64,000 bases of DNA from Parvularia atlantis (Eukaryota). The stretch is from contig CALSCO010000043.1 in the NCBI GenBank assembly GCA_943704415.1, positions 1 through 64,000 on the forward strand, written 5' to 3'. Position numbers and translations under genes: made by a program. The notes under the pieces are model-generated. The model ran no database searches. It was not told where the DNA came from and worked only from the letters and a program-made list of their open reading frames with translations. Shown here one piece after another: positions 10,200-22,508 of the stretch. Every line of letters begins with the position of its first letter. Within the stretch, counting starts at the first letter, position 1.

Positions 10200-12540
10200 G
10201 AGAGCAGCGGTTCCATGCACAGCCTGAGGCACACGCGTGAACGCGTCTGGTTTCCACAACTGCGGGCAGCTGACAGGTTTCTGCAACATCTTCCATGCCT
10301 CGCCCGACGCTGCAGTTTGCGACCGACCTGTGACGCTGACAAGTGTTGCTCGCTGCTCTACACGACGCACTGCAACGCGGCCAGCTGCCCAAGTGCATGA
10401 CGACGAGTGCCATTGCACGGCTGCACAAGCTCGACCTGGCCAACTTACGCCCGCTCAGGATGATCCCGGCCGTCGCCAAGATCTTCACCCGTTGCCTCGA
10501 CGCGGTGGCGACGCACGTCATTCACACTTTCTTACCCGACTGGCTTAATGCACGGCCGAAATACCTCGGACAACACGCTTCTGCTCGAGCGCTTTATGCA
10601 ACATCATCAACGCCAACGGCGACGCGGAGCAGCACTTCTCGGCAACCAGACAAAGGCCTTCGACCGGGTCGACTGGTCGTTCCGCGACAAAGTCTTGCAA
10701 CGTTTGGGTTTCGGCCCGACGATGATCAACGCCACTAGCGTGGTCCACGCTGGCATCCAAGCACGCGCGTTTTCATCAACGGCCTCGTCTGCAAGCGCTA
10801 GAACACACGTCACGGCGACCCACTCAGCCCGATCCAGCACACGCTCATCGACGAGGCGTTCGCCTGTGCCGTGCGAGCGCATCCCGACATCCGCGGCCTT
10901 CCGTCACTCGCCGTCGGCTACGATCTCTGTGTGCATCTCGCGCAGTTTGCCGACGACAAGCTCCTGTTCCTCAACAACCCGGTCGCCAGTCAACGACGTG
11001 TTCCGCGACTACGAAGCCGCATCTGGCGCGCGAATCAACGCCGCCAAGTCGTCGCTGCTACTTCTTGGCCCGTCGCGCGACGAGTTCGACGCGTGGGCTG
11101 GGCTAGGTCGATGAAGCGACGACGAGCTACCTCGGCTACACGTACAACCACAACGGCCTCGCTCACGCGGACATGTGGGCACACTGCCGGGCCAAGATCG
11201 AGACTACCTGTGGCAACACCAGTCGTGCTGCGCACCCTCGCGCTAAGCAAGGTGTTGTACATCGCCAAGCTGAGCACGCCGCTGCCCGACATCTTCACGC
11301 AGCCAAACACGACGATCCGGGCGTTCGTCTGGTTTGGCAAGACGCGAGGTCTCGTGAGATGCGCGTGCTGTGCTACCACCAGGTCAAGGCGGTCTTGGCG
11401 CACCCAACTTGAGACGCCACATCTGAGCAATCCAGCTAGAGGCCTACTCGACGCCCACGACAGCAGCTGGGAAGCGCTACAACCTCAACGGCTTTCGCCG
11501 TTCACCTGCCGCGACCAAGTGGCCGACGCGCGGCTGCCTGCGAGCTCGTACCCGTCGCCACCGTAACAAACCGTCGTGAACACTGCGTTCGACTGAGCTG
11601 CAGCCAGCGACACCTGACCAAGTGCACCAGCAGCATCTCTACTTCAACAAGAACAACCATTCCGACGGCGTAACCCTCGGCACTGCGCAAGACGGCCGTC
11701 TGGCAAATCACGGCGTCGCTCGCGTGTCCAACATTTTCAACAATGACGGCACGAGAAGGAACACGCACCAGCTGCCAGCGCGACCGCGCTGCGACCTCTG
11801 CTCAAAGACGTTCGTGCGGCGATCCCGGCTGCATGGCTGGTGCCCGGCAGTTTCTACATGGACACCGAAGACGCTGCTCTCACGCAGCAGGGTCACGATC
11901 CGACCGAGGTGCTGCGTGCCGGACGACAGTTCATCCCAACGGCGCCGTCGACCGGTGGACAACGCTTGACGCATGCACATCAACGTCCACACTGCGGTCA
12001 TCACGCGGGGCTCAGCGTACCTGTGGAAAGCGCACGTCGTGTGGCCGAGCACGCGTGTCGAGGGCGGCATGTATGACATCGACTTCGTCCCTCCACTGCA
12101 GCTCGATCAAGGCTGGGCCTGCACACCGCCGACGCCAATGCCCAACTGCACCGTGCGCGGCTCTGCACCACTGCTCACATCTCGCATCGCACACAAGGAC
12201 GCCGGCATGGACGACCGCTAGCGTGCGGTGGTCGCGGCACCGATCGACAGGTCGCGCTATTGGTCAACAACCCGCTCATCCGCGCATTCAACTGGCACCT
12301 CGCGCATCAAGCTCTAATGCGCCGGTACATGCCTCCGCGCCCGGCTGCAACTCGACCGAGACATACCAGCACCTCTTCGTCGCGTGCCCAACATGGATTA
12401 CGGCGACCTGGACACGCTGGTTCGCCACGCGCGCGACAGATAGCCTCGGTGGCATCGTTATCACGCCGCGATGTACCTCGCTCGCACACCATATCATCCC
12501 AGGAACCGTCGTCGGCGAGGCGATCTAGACGCTCTAGCCG
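10200..12540 (+). mobile_element. Decayed non-LTR retrotransposon (L1/Tx1-like) ORF2: RT, zf-RVT and C-terminal CCHC remnants
   Basis: Fragments in shifting frames: DLANLRPL..AKIFTRCL; NQTKAFDRVDWSF..LQRLGFG; GDPLSP; HLAQFADDKLLFL; YEAASGARINAAKS; RAFNWHLAHQAL; GCNSTETYQHLFVACP. No introns, lower GC, many frameshifts. Boundaries approximate. Confidence 0.85.
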
Positions 12541-12879
12541 CTGCAGCGCTGTCGTGCACTGTTTGACGGCACTCCCGCGGCGGTCGTCGTTACCGTGATA
12601 GGCCGCCACAACGTCACTCGTCAGTTTGAGTCGCTGCTGTCAACACGCTTCGCTGGCCGTCCGCACAACACATCAAGCGCTATTTGAATGTTCTCGGGAA
12701 CTCTCCCCATATTTGCCTCGACTCCCACCATCCGACCTTCCAAGCTTGCTTTGTGGGTCCCCCTGCACGCCGGTGATGCTGTGGTGACAAAACACAAGAA
12801 TTGATCTTGCTGAGCAACAACGAGAGGAGGCAGCGGCGAAGGTGGCGAACTGGACTCGTGAGCCGACGCCTGACAACGC

Positions 12880-13090
12880 CACTGGGCTCTCGTTGGCGCG
12901 CGACCACGACTAGCGTAGGCACAACGGCGCTGCCATTCGCGCGTGCCAAGTGGCTACTGAGCGACGAGCGCCCATCTCGGCTCTTTCTATCACTGGAGCG
13001 ACAACCTTATGTCGCGCCAGCCAGTCTCTGACGCCGACGGCATGTGCAACATCACAAGCTCGTTCTACCAGGACCTCAACACACTTGACT
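12880..13090 (+). mobile_element. Second L1/Tx1-like fragment (endonuclease-RT linker region)
   Basis: FARAKWLLSDERPSRLFLSLER and ..SSFYQDL resemble the R.RA.W...GE.PT..F..LE and FY..L linker motifs of L1/Tx1 ORF2. Confidence 0.6.
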
Positions 13091-13702
13091 ATGAGGTGAA
13101 AGCTAATCTTACGGGTTTAACGCCGCTGTCGGCCTGCTCAGTCTGTCGCACCGCGGCAGCCTGGCAGTGACCAAGCTGGTGCTCCTGCCGGCCGCCGAGA
13201 CGTGCCACCTCGTGCAGCTCGCCGGCAACCAGGCCCTATGCACGGCCGTCAGGATCGTCGAGAAGCGCGCCTTGAGTAACGGGAGGACGAGCCTGCGTGC
13301 ATTCGCACGCGATGTCGCCGCCAAGAACCGGCTGCCAGCAGAGAAATACGTCCCGTAACCGAATGATTCCGTGCAAGGTGCACTTCGCCGGCACGAGAAC
13401 CTCGTCATCTCGGCTAGGTGTGCGGCACTCAACCCGTGCTTCACGGCAAGCGCCGGCCGACCGATATCACGGATATGCGGGGCGGCGCGTGTCGGCGAGT
13501 GTCGCGAAGTAGGGCGCGTGCAGTGTGATGGTGCCGTCGTGCGCGAACGCCACGCCGTCGCGGTCCATCCGGGTGACGCGAGCGGCCGCAGCAGGCGCAG
13601 CGCGGTGTCGAGGCACGGGACGCGACGCGAACTCGGAAGTCAGACGGCGGCGATCGTTTTAAGACAGCCCGTGACTTCCGACGGCGACACACGTGACCGG
13701 CC

Positions 13703-16700
13703 ATGCCCGCGGTGCCCGTCGCCTTCACCGCGGCCGAAGTCGAGGTGGTCAAGGTCCGCGCCCGGCCGTCCACGCACAGGCACGGGCAGCACGCTCACAC
13801 GCACTCGCACGCGTGAGCAGGCCGTCGCCGACACGTTTGTCGCGGCCGTGCAGCTGGACGGGGCCGCCGTGCAGCGCCTCGCTGCCGCGCACGGGATCGA
13901 CGCCGGCCTCGTGCGCGCCTTCTTCGCGCAGCAGGCGTCGGACGTGGTGCGGCGGCGGGCGGGGCTCTGGCTCGCAGTGTGCTGAGGCTGCGGCGCCCCC
14001 AGGACACGCACACGCAGATCATTGACAAGCTGCGCACGCTCGTTCGGCCCGAGGAGGCGCAGTCGCTCAAGTGCGCGGCGGGCTCGCGTCTTGCGGCACG
14101 CCCTCACCGGCCGCGCACAGGCTGCTCACGGGCCTGTTGAGCACATCGGCCGGGACGCTGCTGCTCGCGGGCCACCTGCGCCCATTTGCGCAGCTGTCGC
14201 AGCGCGAGCGCGAAGTGCGTGTGCTGCCGGCATGCGCCCCGTGCATTGCGTGGCCTCACGCGCGGCGCCAGCTCGTGCTCCGCGGCTGGTCCAACAGCCA
14301 GTTTGCGCTCATCCGCAAGATCTTCATGGGCATGAAGTCGCTCGCGGGCCTGACGTACTTTGCTTCGATCGGTGCGGGCGCTGCGTAACGCTATTGTCTG
14401 CGCTCACAGCGTGTCCCGCACGCGCGCGTGCCGCCAGACCAGTTCCAGCGCAGCGTCGCATGGGATGCCATCCGCTATCCGGGCCCGCCGCGCAGCCTGC
14501 TCGAGGCCGCCAAGCAGCCGTCGTTTGCCTTCGAGTTCCAGGCATGCCGCAGTCTGCGCGCGTGGGCACTCGCTTGGCTGACGACTGCACAGGACCCGTT
14601 CAAGCTCTCGCCCGATGGCGTGCTGCAGTACGATGCCGTCGTTGTTGGCTCGGGCTGCGGCGGCGGCGTGGCAGCGGCGGTGCTGAGCCAAGTGCGTGAG
14701 CGCCGCGCGCGGAAACGGTGAACCGACGCGGCTACGGCAGAGCGGCGCGCGCGTGCTCGTGCTGGAGAAGGCCAAGTATTACCGCCGCAGCGAGTACACG
14801 CTCACCGAGAACAAGGCGTTGGCGACGCTGTACGAGGGCGGCGGCACGGTCGTGACGGCCGACACGGGCATGACGGTCCTGGCCGGCTCGACTTTTGGAG
14901 GCGGCAGCCAGGTGTGCGCGCGTCGGCGAACGTGCTCCGTGCACTGACGCTCCGCGGGGCAGATCAACTGGTCGGCGTCGTTTCGCACGCCCGACCACGT
15001 GCGCAAGGAGTGGGCCGAGGAGCACAGGCTGCCGGTGTTTGCGAGCAAGCGCTATGACGACGCTCTGGACGCGATCTGCTCGCGGCTCGGTGCGAGGGCG
15101 CAATGCGGCGCGTGCGCCCGCCGGGGCTCATCGTGCTGCGCATGCAGGCGTGCACGCTGATGGTGTGCAGCACAACCCGGCCAACGGCAAGATCGTCGAG
15201 GGCTGCCAGAAGCTCGGGTACCACGTGGACGTGATCCCTCGCAATGCGCCCGGCGAGCACGACTGCGGCTGGTGCACGTGGGGCTGCACGCGCGGGCTCA
15301 AGCAGGTGCACGCGCGCTAGCTCTTTCGCGCAGTGCTGCCGTGCTGAGCCGCACGACCACCAGGGCATGCAAGAGACGTTCCTGCAGGATGCCGCGCGGT
15401 CCGGCACGCACTTCATGACCGGCGCGCACGTGCTGCGCGTGCTGCACAAGAATGGCAAGGCGACGGGCGTCGTGGCCGAGTTCACGGACGCGAGCGGGCG
15501 CGTGCGCAAATTTGAGGCGCGTCCGCCCCGTTGTCGCGCTCTCAACGTATGCCTGACCGGGGCGGGCGTACACCCCGCTCAGGTCCGCGCCAAGGTCGTC
15601 GTCGTCTCGGCCGGCACGCTCAACACGCCGCTGCTGCTGCTGCGTTCAGGCCTGAAGAACCGCAACATCGGCAAGCACCTGCGCCTGCACCCGGTCACGG
15701 CCGTGCGCGGCACGTTCCCCGACGACATCAAGCCGTGGGACGGTGCGCCAGCGCGCACACGCGCGAGCGGCGCGAGCGCGGTGGCAAATCACGCGGGGCA
15801 TGCAGGGTGCAACATGTCGGCCGTGTCGCGCCAGGTCGCCAACCGCAACGGGAAGCACTACGGCGCGCTGATCGAGACGCCGATCATCCACCCGGGACTG
15901 TACGGCGCGGCGCTGCCGTGGCGCGCGGCGGCCGAGTACAAGGAGATGGCGCTCGGTGCGTGGTGGCGCGTGAGCCGCGCTGTGAAGGCTGACCGCTCGC
16001 GCGCACACACAGGGTTCAAGAACCAGGCATTCTTCATTGTGCTGTGCCGCGACACGGGCTCGGGCACGGTCGGCCTGGACGGCGACGGGCACCTGCTAGT
16101 CAACTACAGCCTGAACCAGTTTGACACCGAGTCGCTGATGGAGGGCATCCTCGCGAGCGTCAAGGTGCGCCTGCGCCTGCGCCTGCGCCTGCGCCTGCGC
16201 CTGCGCCTGCAATGACGCGCGCGCAGATCATGATCGCCGCCGGTGCGACCGAGGTGCAGGCGGGCAACCCGGCGCTGGACTCGTTCCGGCCCACGTCGGC
16301 CGACGTGAACGACCCCGCGGCTGTGCAGTACCTGGCGGCTGTGCGAGCGGCGGGCCTGCCGGTGCGTGGCGAGCACGGTCTTCGGACGCAGGGTGCTGAA
16401 GTAACTGTGCGCGCGCGCAGGTGCACAAGGCGCCGCTGTTTTGCGCGCACCAGATGGGCTCGTGCCGCCTGGGCAACGATCGCGGCGCGGCGTCGGTGCT
16501 CAACCCGGACGGCGAGACGTGGGAAGTGCGGGACCTGTTTGTGGCGGACGCGTCGACCTTCCCAACGCCGTCGGGCGTCAATCCGATGGTGCGCGCGCGG
16601 GGTGTGCGCGGTGTGCGTGGTGTGTGAAGCGGACGCGGCGCAGATCACGACCGAGGCGACTGCGTACGTGATCGCGCAGAACGCGGCGGCGCGTGTGGGC

Positions 16701-16745
16701 GCGGCGTCGTCGTCGTCGTCCGTGGCCGTCTCTGCGCGCCTGTGA
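13703..16745 (+). CDS. Long-chain fatty alcohol oxidase (GMC oxidoreductase), C-terminal PTS1-like ARL
   Basis: YDAVVVGSGCGGGVAA, VLVLEKA, LAGSTFGGGSQ|INWSASFRTP, SAGTLNTPLLLLRSGLKNRNIGKHLRLHP, AHQMGSCRLG, LFVADASTFPTPSGVNPM; ends SARL*. Confidence 0.93.
16167..16210 (+). repeat. (GCGCCT)7 hexamer repeat in an intron
   Basis: Direct reading just after the GT donor at 16165. Confidence 0.9.
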
Positions 16746-16888
16746 TGCGCGTGGGTGGCTGTGTGCCCTGTGCGTGTCCATCGATCTCTATATGCCGCGC
16801 ATACACGGAGCAGACCGCTCCCGCCGCACGCCCGGCCCGCAGCCCCGCTGACCCGCGCCGCCACAGCGCCCTCGCCCCCCTGACTGCC

Positions 16889-18378
16889 ATGGACTCGCTG
16901 CTGCGCCTGGTGCCGACCGGCGTGCGCGCACACCTGCCCCTCCTCGCCGCCCTCGTCGGCACGGGCGCGCTGCTGTGGGTTGTGCGCGCGCGCCAGCAGC
17001 GCCTCGACGCCGAGGCCCCCACGCCGGGCGTCGGTGCGGCCGCCCCCCCCTCCCCTCGCCCCGTGCCGGCTGCGCTCAGCGTCGGCGCAGACATCGACAC
17101 GACCGAGCGCAAGTCGTCCGGCTCGCGCCCGCAGCGCACGCTCGACGAGCTGCCCAAGTTCAGCACCGGCACGGCCGGCACGTCGGCGCGCATGACCAAT
17201 CGCCGCAACACCGTCGCCGGCGAGTCGTACAACCCGGAGGCCCTGGCCAAGGCGGACCGGTGCGGCGTTGCGTGCTTCTGCTCGCGCATTCGCGGCTCAC
17301 GGCCGCGCACGCCCGCAGCGTCGTCCACCCCAAGAGCGACGACGCACGCGAGCGCATCTCGCGCGCCACCAAGAACTCGCTGCTCTTCCGCAACCTCGAC
17401 CACGCGCAGTACAACGGTGCACGCCGCGCTTGGCCGCACGCCCCGCACGCCCCATCGCACCGCTCACGCCCCACGCCCCTCGCCCCGCCGCATCGCAGAG
17501 CTCGTCGATGCCATGTTCGAGCGCAAGGTCAAGGCTGGCGAGGAGGTGATCAAGCAGGGCGACGAGGGCGACAACTTCTACATCGTCGACACAGGCGACT
17601 TTGAGATCTTCGTCAGCGGCAAGAAGGTCACCGAGGTCCACGCCAACGGCTCGTTCGGCGAGCTTGCGCTGCTTTACGGCGAGCCGCGCGCGGCGACGGG
17701 TTCGCGCGCGCGCGGCGCTGCTTCCCCGTGCGGCGCTGACACCTTGCGCGCGCAGTCCGCGCCAAGGGCAACGCCGTGCTGTGGGCTGTCGACCGCACGT
17801 CGTTCCGCCGCATCGTCATCGGCTCCAACATGAGCAAGCGCCAGCGGCACGTCTCGTTCCTCAAGTCGGTCCCGCTGCTCGACAGCCTCAGCCCCGGTGA
17901 GCTCGTCAAGGCCGTCGACGCGCTTCAGCCGGTCTCGTTCGACAAGGGCGAGCAGATCGTGGAGGAGGGCGAGACGGGCGAGACGTTCTACATCATTGAG
18001 GAGGTGCGGCGCCTTTTCCCCCCCGCGCGCGCCCTTCACGCTGACGGCCGCGCGGGCGCAGGGCGAGGCCAACGTGTACAAGTACGACGAGAACGGCACG
18101 AACCAGAAGGTCGCGCACCTGGGCCCGGGCAACTACTTTGGTGAGGTCGCGCTGCTGACGGACGGCCGCCGCGCGGCGACGGTGGTCGCTGCCACGCCGA
18201 TCGCGCTGCTCGTGCTCGACAAGTCGTCGTTTGACGTGCGTGCGCGGGGCGGGCTGCGTGGCTGTGCTGCGCGCTGACTCGCGCGAGCGCCCGTCAGCGC
18301 CTGCTGGGCTCGTGCGTGTCTATCCTCGAGCGCAACATGAAGACCTACCAGCTGTACAAGCGGCACCTGGACAACTGA
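16889..18378 (+). CDS. cAMP-dependent protein kinase regulatory subunit with N-terminal hydrophobic anchor
   Basis: Inhibitor site RRNTVAGE; two cNMP domains: IKQGDEGDNFYIV..SFGELALLYGEPRAAT and IVEEGETGETFYII..YFGEVALLTDGRRAATV; ends RLLGSCVSILERNMKTY..HLDN*. Confidence 0.92.
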
Positions 18379-18500
18379 CGCTGCCCGCGCCTGCCGCCCT
18401 GCGCCCCCTCAGCCACCCCCTCCGCCACGCGCCTGCTCGCTCTGTGCGCGCCCCCCTTGTCCACTGCTGTGTCTCCTTGCTCAGCCAATGCACACGCCGC

Positions 18501-18925
18501 TCAGTGGTGGCCGCTGCCGTGCGCCGCCGCGCCGCCCGCGTGCTCGTGCTCGTGCTCATGCTCGTCGTCGTCGTCGTGGCCGTGGCCGTGGCCGCCGTGC
18601 TCCCACGGATGCTCCCAGCCCTGCCCCCGCGGCCCCGTGAGCAATGGACACGCGCGCAGCAGCAGCAGCAGGCCGCACCAGCAGCGCGGGGCCGTCGATG
18701 GACGCGCGGTAGAAGATCCAGAACCACATGGTCGCGCCGAAGAGCTTGCCGGCCCACACGAAGAACGGCGCCGGCCGCGGCGGGAACTCGTGCGCGCCGT
18801 GGCCGTGGCCGTGGCCGCCTTGGGGGGCGTGAGTGAGTGGCTGTGCGCCGCGGTGTGTGTCGCGCACCAGCGCGCTGCACGCCCTGCACGGCGCGCCGCG
18901 CCAGCGTCCGCAGGCCCGCGACCAT
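18501..18925 (-). CDS. NDUFB2: Complex I accessory subunit NDUFB2 (AGGG)-like
   Basis: Presequence MVAGLRTLARRAVQ; GGHGHG..AGKLFGATMWFWIFYRASIDGPALL|GWEHPWEH; His/acidic tail. Confidence 0.8.
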
Positions 18926-18937
18926 CGCCGCCCGCTG

Positions 18938-18940
<3 letters not shown>

Positions 18941-18968
<28 letters not shown>

Positions 18969-19038
18969 CCGTGCGTGAGCGGCTGCTGTGGGCGCTCGCG
19001 TGCGCGCGCGCGCGAGAGAGAGAGAGAGAGCGAGAGAG
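18941..19038. repeat. Compound (TG)n, (CG)n and (AG)n dinucleotide repeats upstream of NDUFB2
   Basis: Direct reading. Confidence 0.9.
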
Positions 19039-19122
19039 CGAAGCAGCAGCAGCCACGTCTGTCGCCTGGCCGGCCAATCATGCAAAGTCGCCACACCACC
19101 TTCGCGCCTCAGCCGCCACGCT

Positions 19123-20353
19123 CTACCAGAACAGTGCGACACAGGTCACGTTGTCCATCGACCCGCGCTGCACCGCCTCGTTGACCAGCGCCGTCACGGC
19201 CGCTTGGCGCGCCTCGGGCAGCGTCGGCAGGCCTGTCGCGTTTGCGCGCGATCAGTGCACGGTGTGCAGCCCGCGTCGCAGGAGCCGCACCACGCGAGCG
19301 CTCGAGATGCGCCACGACAAAGTCGACGCTCGCCTGCGGCCCAAGTGTCTTCCACAGGCCGTCGCACGCCAGCAGCACAAAGGCGTCGTCCGCCCTGATC
19401 GTGCGCTCGGCCACGTCCGGGTCGCAGATGCTGAGCGGCGCGCGAGGGTACGAGGGTGCGAGGGCGTCACGCGTGAGCCCGCCCATGCGCGCATCTCACG
19501 GCCGCCGCATCGGCCACACAACGCACACGCCCGCGCCCTTGAAGCGCGCGTCGCCGAGCGCGCGCGACACCTCGAGCTGGCCCATGACGCGCCCGTCGCG
19601 CACCTGCCCACCGGCGCGCTGGATACGCTGGCGCTCGTCCCACAGCGTCGGGTCGTGGTCGCGCGTGAGCTCGACGGCGCGCACGTGGGTGGCGGGCGTA
19701 ACCCCGGGCGCGCGCCGCCGCGTCGCCAGCACGGCCTTGCAGTCGCCGACATGGGCCACGGCCAGGCGGTCGTCGCGCAGCAGCGCGAGCACGGCGCAGG
19801 CGCCGTCGCGGTGGTGGGCGTGCGCGGGCTGGCGCAGCGTCTGGTCGGTGCGCCGGAAGGCCTCGAGCAGCGCGGCGCTGAGCGAACGTGTCGCGGGCGC
19901 GCCCAGCGCGGCCCAGAGGTGCGTCGGCAGCTCGGTACAGGCCACGGTCGACGCGTTCTCGCCACCGTGCCCGTCCAGCACGAGCGCGAGCGCGAGCGGG
20001 CCCAGGCGCTCGACGAGGTCCAGGTGCGCGCGGGCGACGTCAGCCTCGGGGTGCATCGCGTGCCGGTCCTGCATGTGCTCGCGCCGCCCTCGCCGCGCCG
20101 CCGCGCACATCGCCGCCGGGCCGATGCCGCCGCTGCTGCTGCGCGCGCGCTTGACGAGCGGGCGCTCGGGCCGTGCCACGGCCGCTGCATTGTCCGCCTC
20201 CTCCTCGTCGCTGCGCCGCCGCCGCGCGCAATCGCGCTCGCCAAACAGCTGCTCGATCGGCAGCGCGCGCAGTGCAGCGTCGCCGGCGGGCGCGGCAGCG
20301 TCCGGGACCGCGGCCTTGGCGACGGGCGGCGGCAGGCCACCGAAGAGGTCCAT
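19123..20353 (-). CDS. PP2C (PPM) protein phosphatase, ILKAP-like
   Basis: N-terminus MDLFGGLPPP (ILKAP-type MDLFGDLP); RGRREHMQDRH, VLDGHGG, VAHVGDCKAVL, LTRDHDP, LEVSRALGD, LLACDGLW, RGSMDNVT. Confidence 0.9.
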
Positions 20354-20385
20354 CAGTGGCTGGCTGGGAAATCGCGACACAAAAG

Positions 20386-22297
20386 ATGCTGGCGGTCGTT
20401 CGGCACGTGGTCCGCTCGCTGCGGACGCGCGCCGCTCGCCCCGCCGCCGCCGCCGCTGCACCGCCACCACCGCCGCCACCGCCCACACCGGTTGCCGCGC
20501 CGCGATCGGGCAGCGTCAACGTCAAGCGCAAGCTTGGGCCGGCGATGCAGCAGCAGCAGCAGCAGCAGCAGCCGCGGCAGTTTGCGCCCGCCAGGCTCGT
20601 CGACAACCCGCACCGCGACGGCGACGGCCGGCCGCGCCCGCCCGCATCGGCATCGGCATCGACGCCGCCTGCGCCCGCACCGCCTGCGCCCGCACCGACG
20701 CCGCCGACGCCGCCCGTGCGCCGCTCGGCGCTGTGGAACGGCCTCGGGCTGCCGCAGTTCCTCCTGCGCAACCTCGACCGGCTGCGGTACCGCGCGCCCT
20801 CGGCCGTGCAGATCGGCACCGTGCCGCTGCTGCTGAGCGGGCGCGACGGCGTGCTGCAGGCCGCGACGGGTGCGCGCGGCCGCCGCCGCGACGGCGAGCA
20901 CGCTGACGCCGCGCCGCGCAAAGGCACCGGCAAGACCCTCGCGTACCTCCTGCCGATCCTTGCGCGCGTGGCCAACAAGGACCCCGGCCCACAGGCCGTG
21001 ATCGTGGTGCCGACGCGCGAGCTGGTGCGGTCGCGTGCCGTCGCGTGCTAGCCGCGCTGACCGCACACAGGCCGTGCAGGTCTCGACGCTCGCACACGAG
21101 CTCGTCAAGGCCGGCGGGCCCAAGCGCGTGGCGCACCCGATCAGTGTGGTCAAGATCGTCGGCGACCTGCCGTCGGAGAACCTGCGGCGGCGGCTGACGG
21201 CGAGCGGCGCGCACGTCGTCGTGGGCACGCCCACGGCCCTGCTGAAGATGTTCACGACCAAGCCGCGCCCGTACAGCTGGTCGCGCGTGTTTGCGGTCGT
21301 GCTGGACGAGGTCGACTACCTGCTGCAGCCGCACACGCGCGAGACGGTCGAGACGCTGCTGCGATGCCGCGAGCACCCGAGCCCGCGCACGGTACAGCGC
21401 GTGCTCGTCAGCGCGACGATCACGCCTGTCGTCGACGCCGTGGCCAAGCGCGAGCTCAACGACAACCGCTTCCGCACCACGGCCGCGCTCTTCCTCGACT
21501 CGATCCAGCGGTTGTCTGTGGCCGTGCGGCCCAGCGTGCAGACCAGCGTGCGGCCTGATGCTGGTGGTGCGGCTGCTGTGGCTGAGCCTTCGTCGCCCTC
21601 GCCTGCGCCGTCACCGGCACCGGCTGCAGAGGAGGCGCTGCTGCAACAGCTGATGGCGCAGGCAACGGTCACGGCCAATGAGCAGCTGCCCGTGACGCTC
21701 CGGCACGAGCTCATCCGGCCGACGACGTCGCTGCGGCCGACGCGCGGGCCTGTCTCCGAGGCGGACGCGTGGGACGCCGCGCTGTTCCGGCGGTGGTTCG
21801 CGGCGGCCAAGCCGCGCAAGGTGCTCGTGTTTTGCAACTCGCTCGGGCGGCTCGAGCGGCTGGCCGAGGTGCTCAAGGCCAAGGGGTTCCTCGTGGGCGT
21901 GCTCGCGGCCAACACGAAGAAGGACGAGCGGGCCGAGGTGCTGCGGAGCCTGCGGTCGCGCGGGGTGCAAGTGCTGCTGACGACCGAGATGGGCGCGCGC
22001 GGCCTCGACCTGCCCGACCTGACGCACGTCTACAACTACGACGTGCCCGCGACGGCCAACGTCTACATCCACCGTGCCGGGCGGGTGGCGCGGCTGGACC
22101 TGGTGCGGCTGGCGATGCGCGCGGGCACGGTCGTGACGCCGTGGGCGGGCGGCGCCGAGGTCGAGCGGCTGCTGGGCGAGCTGGGCGACGGCCACGGCGT
22201 CGTGCTGCACACACTCGCGCTCGTGCAGAACCGGCTCGAGGCGTGGTCGGACGAGGCGCACGCGCACAGCCCAAAGATGATGCTGCCGATGGTGTGA
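20386..22297 (+). CDS. DEAD-box RNA helicase, probably mitochondrial
   Basis: Q motif PSAVQ, AAT|GTGKT, VVPTREL, VVGTP, LDEVD, SAT, ARGLD, YIHRAGRVAR; Arg-rich presequence MLAVVRHVVRSLRTR. Confidence 0.9.
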
Positions 22298-22508
22298 CGC
22301 CCGTAGATGTTGGCAAAAGACCGTTGCCTGGATTCATTCCGCTGTCGTCGCACCGTCGCGCCCCGCCGCGCCTGCCGCTCCGGACGGTGCGGCGCGCAGC
22401 GAATCGCAATCTTTGATGACGGTTGCCATATCCGGCCCCGTTGCCAAGCAAGACTTTTTCCCTTTCTGTATTTGCGGCCTCGGCCTTCTTCGCCTCCCTT
22501 CCTGCCGA

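Noticed and set aside
18833..20836. 667-aa plus-strand ORF and similar long Arg/Ala-rich ORFs (28980-31511, 61995-63755, 49433-51187)
   Set aside because: Antisense or off-frame shadows of real genes, expected at this GC content; no motifs.
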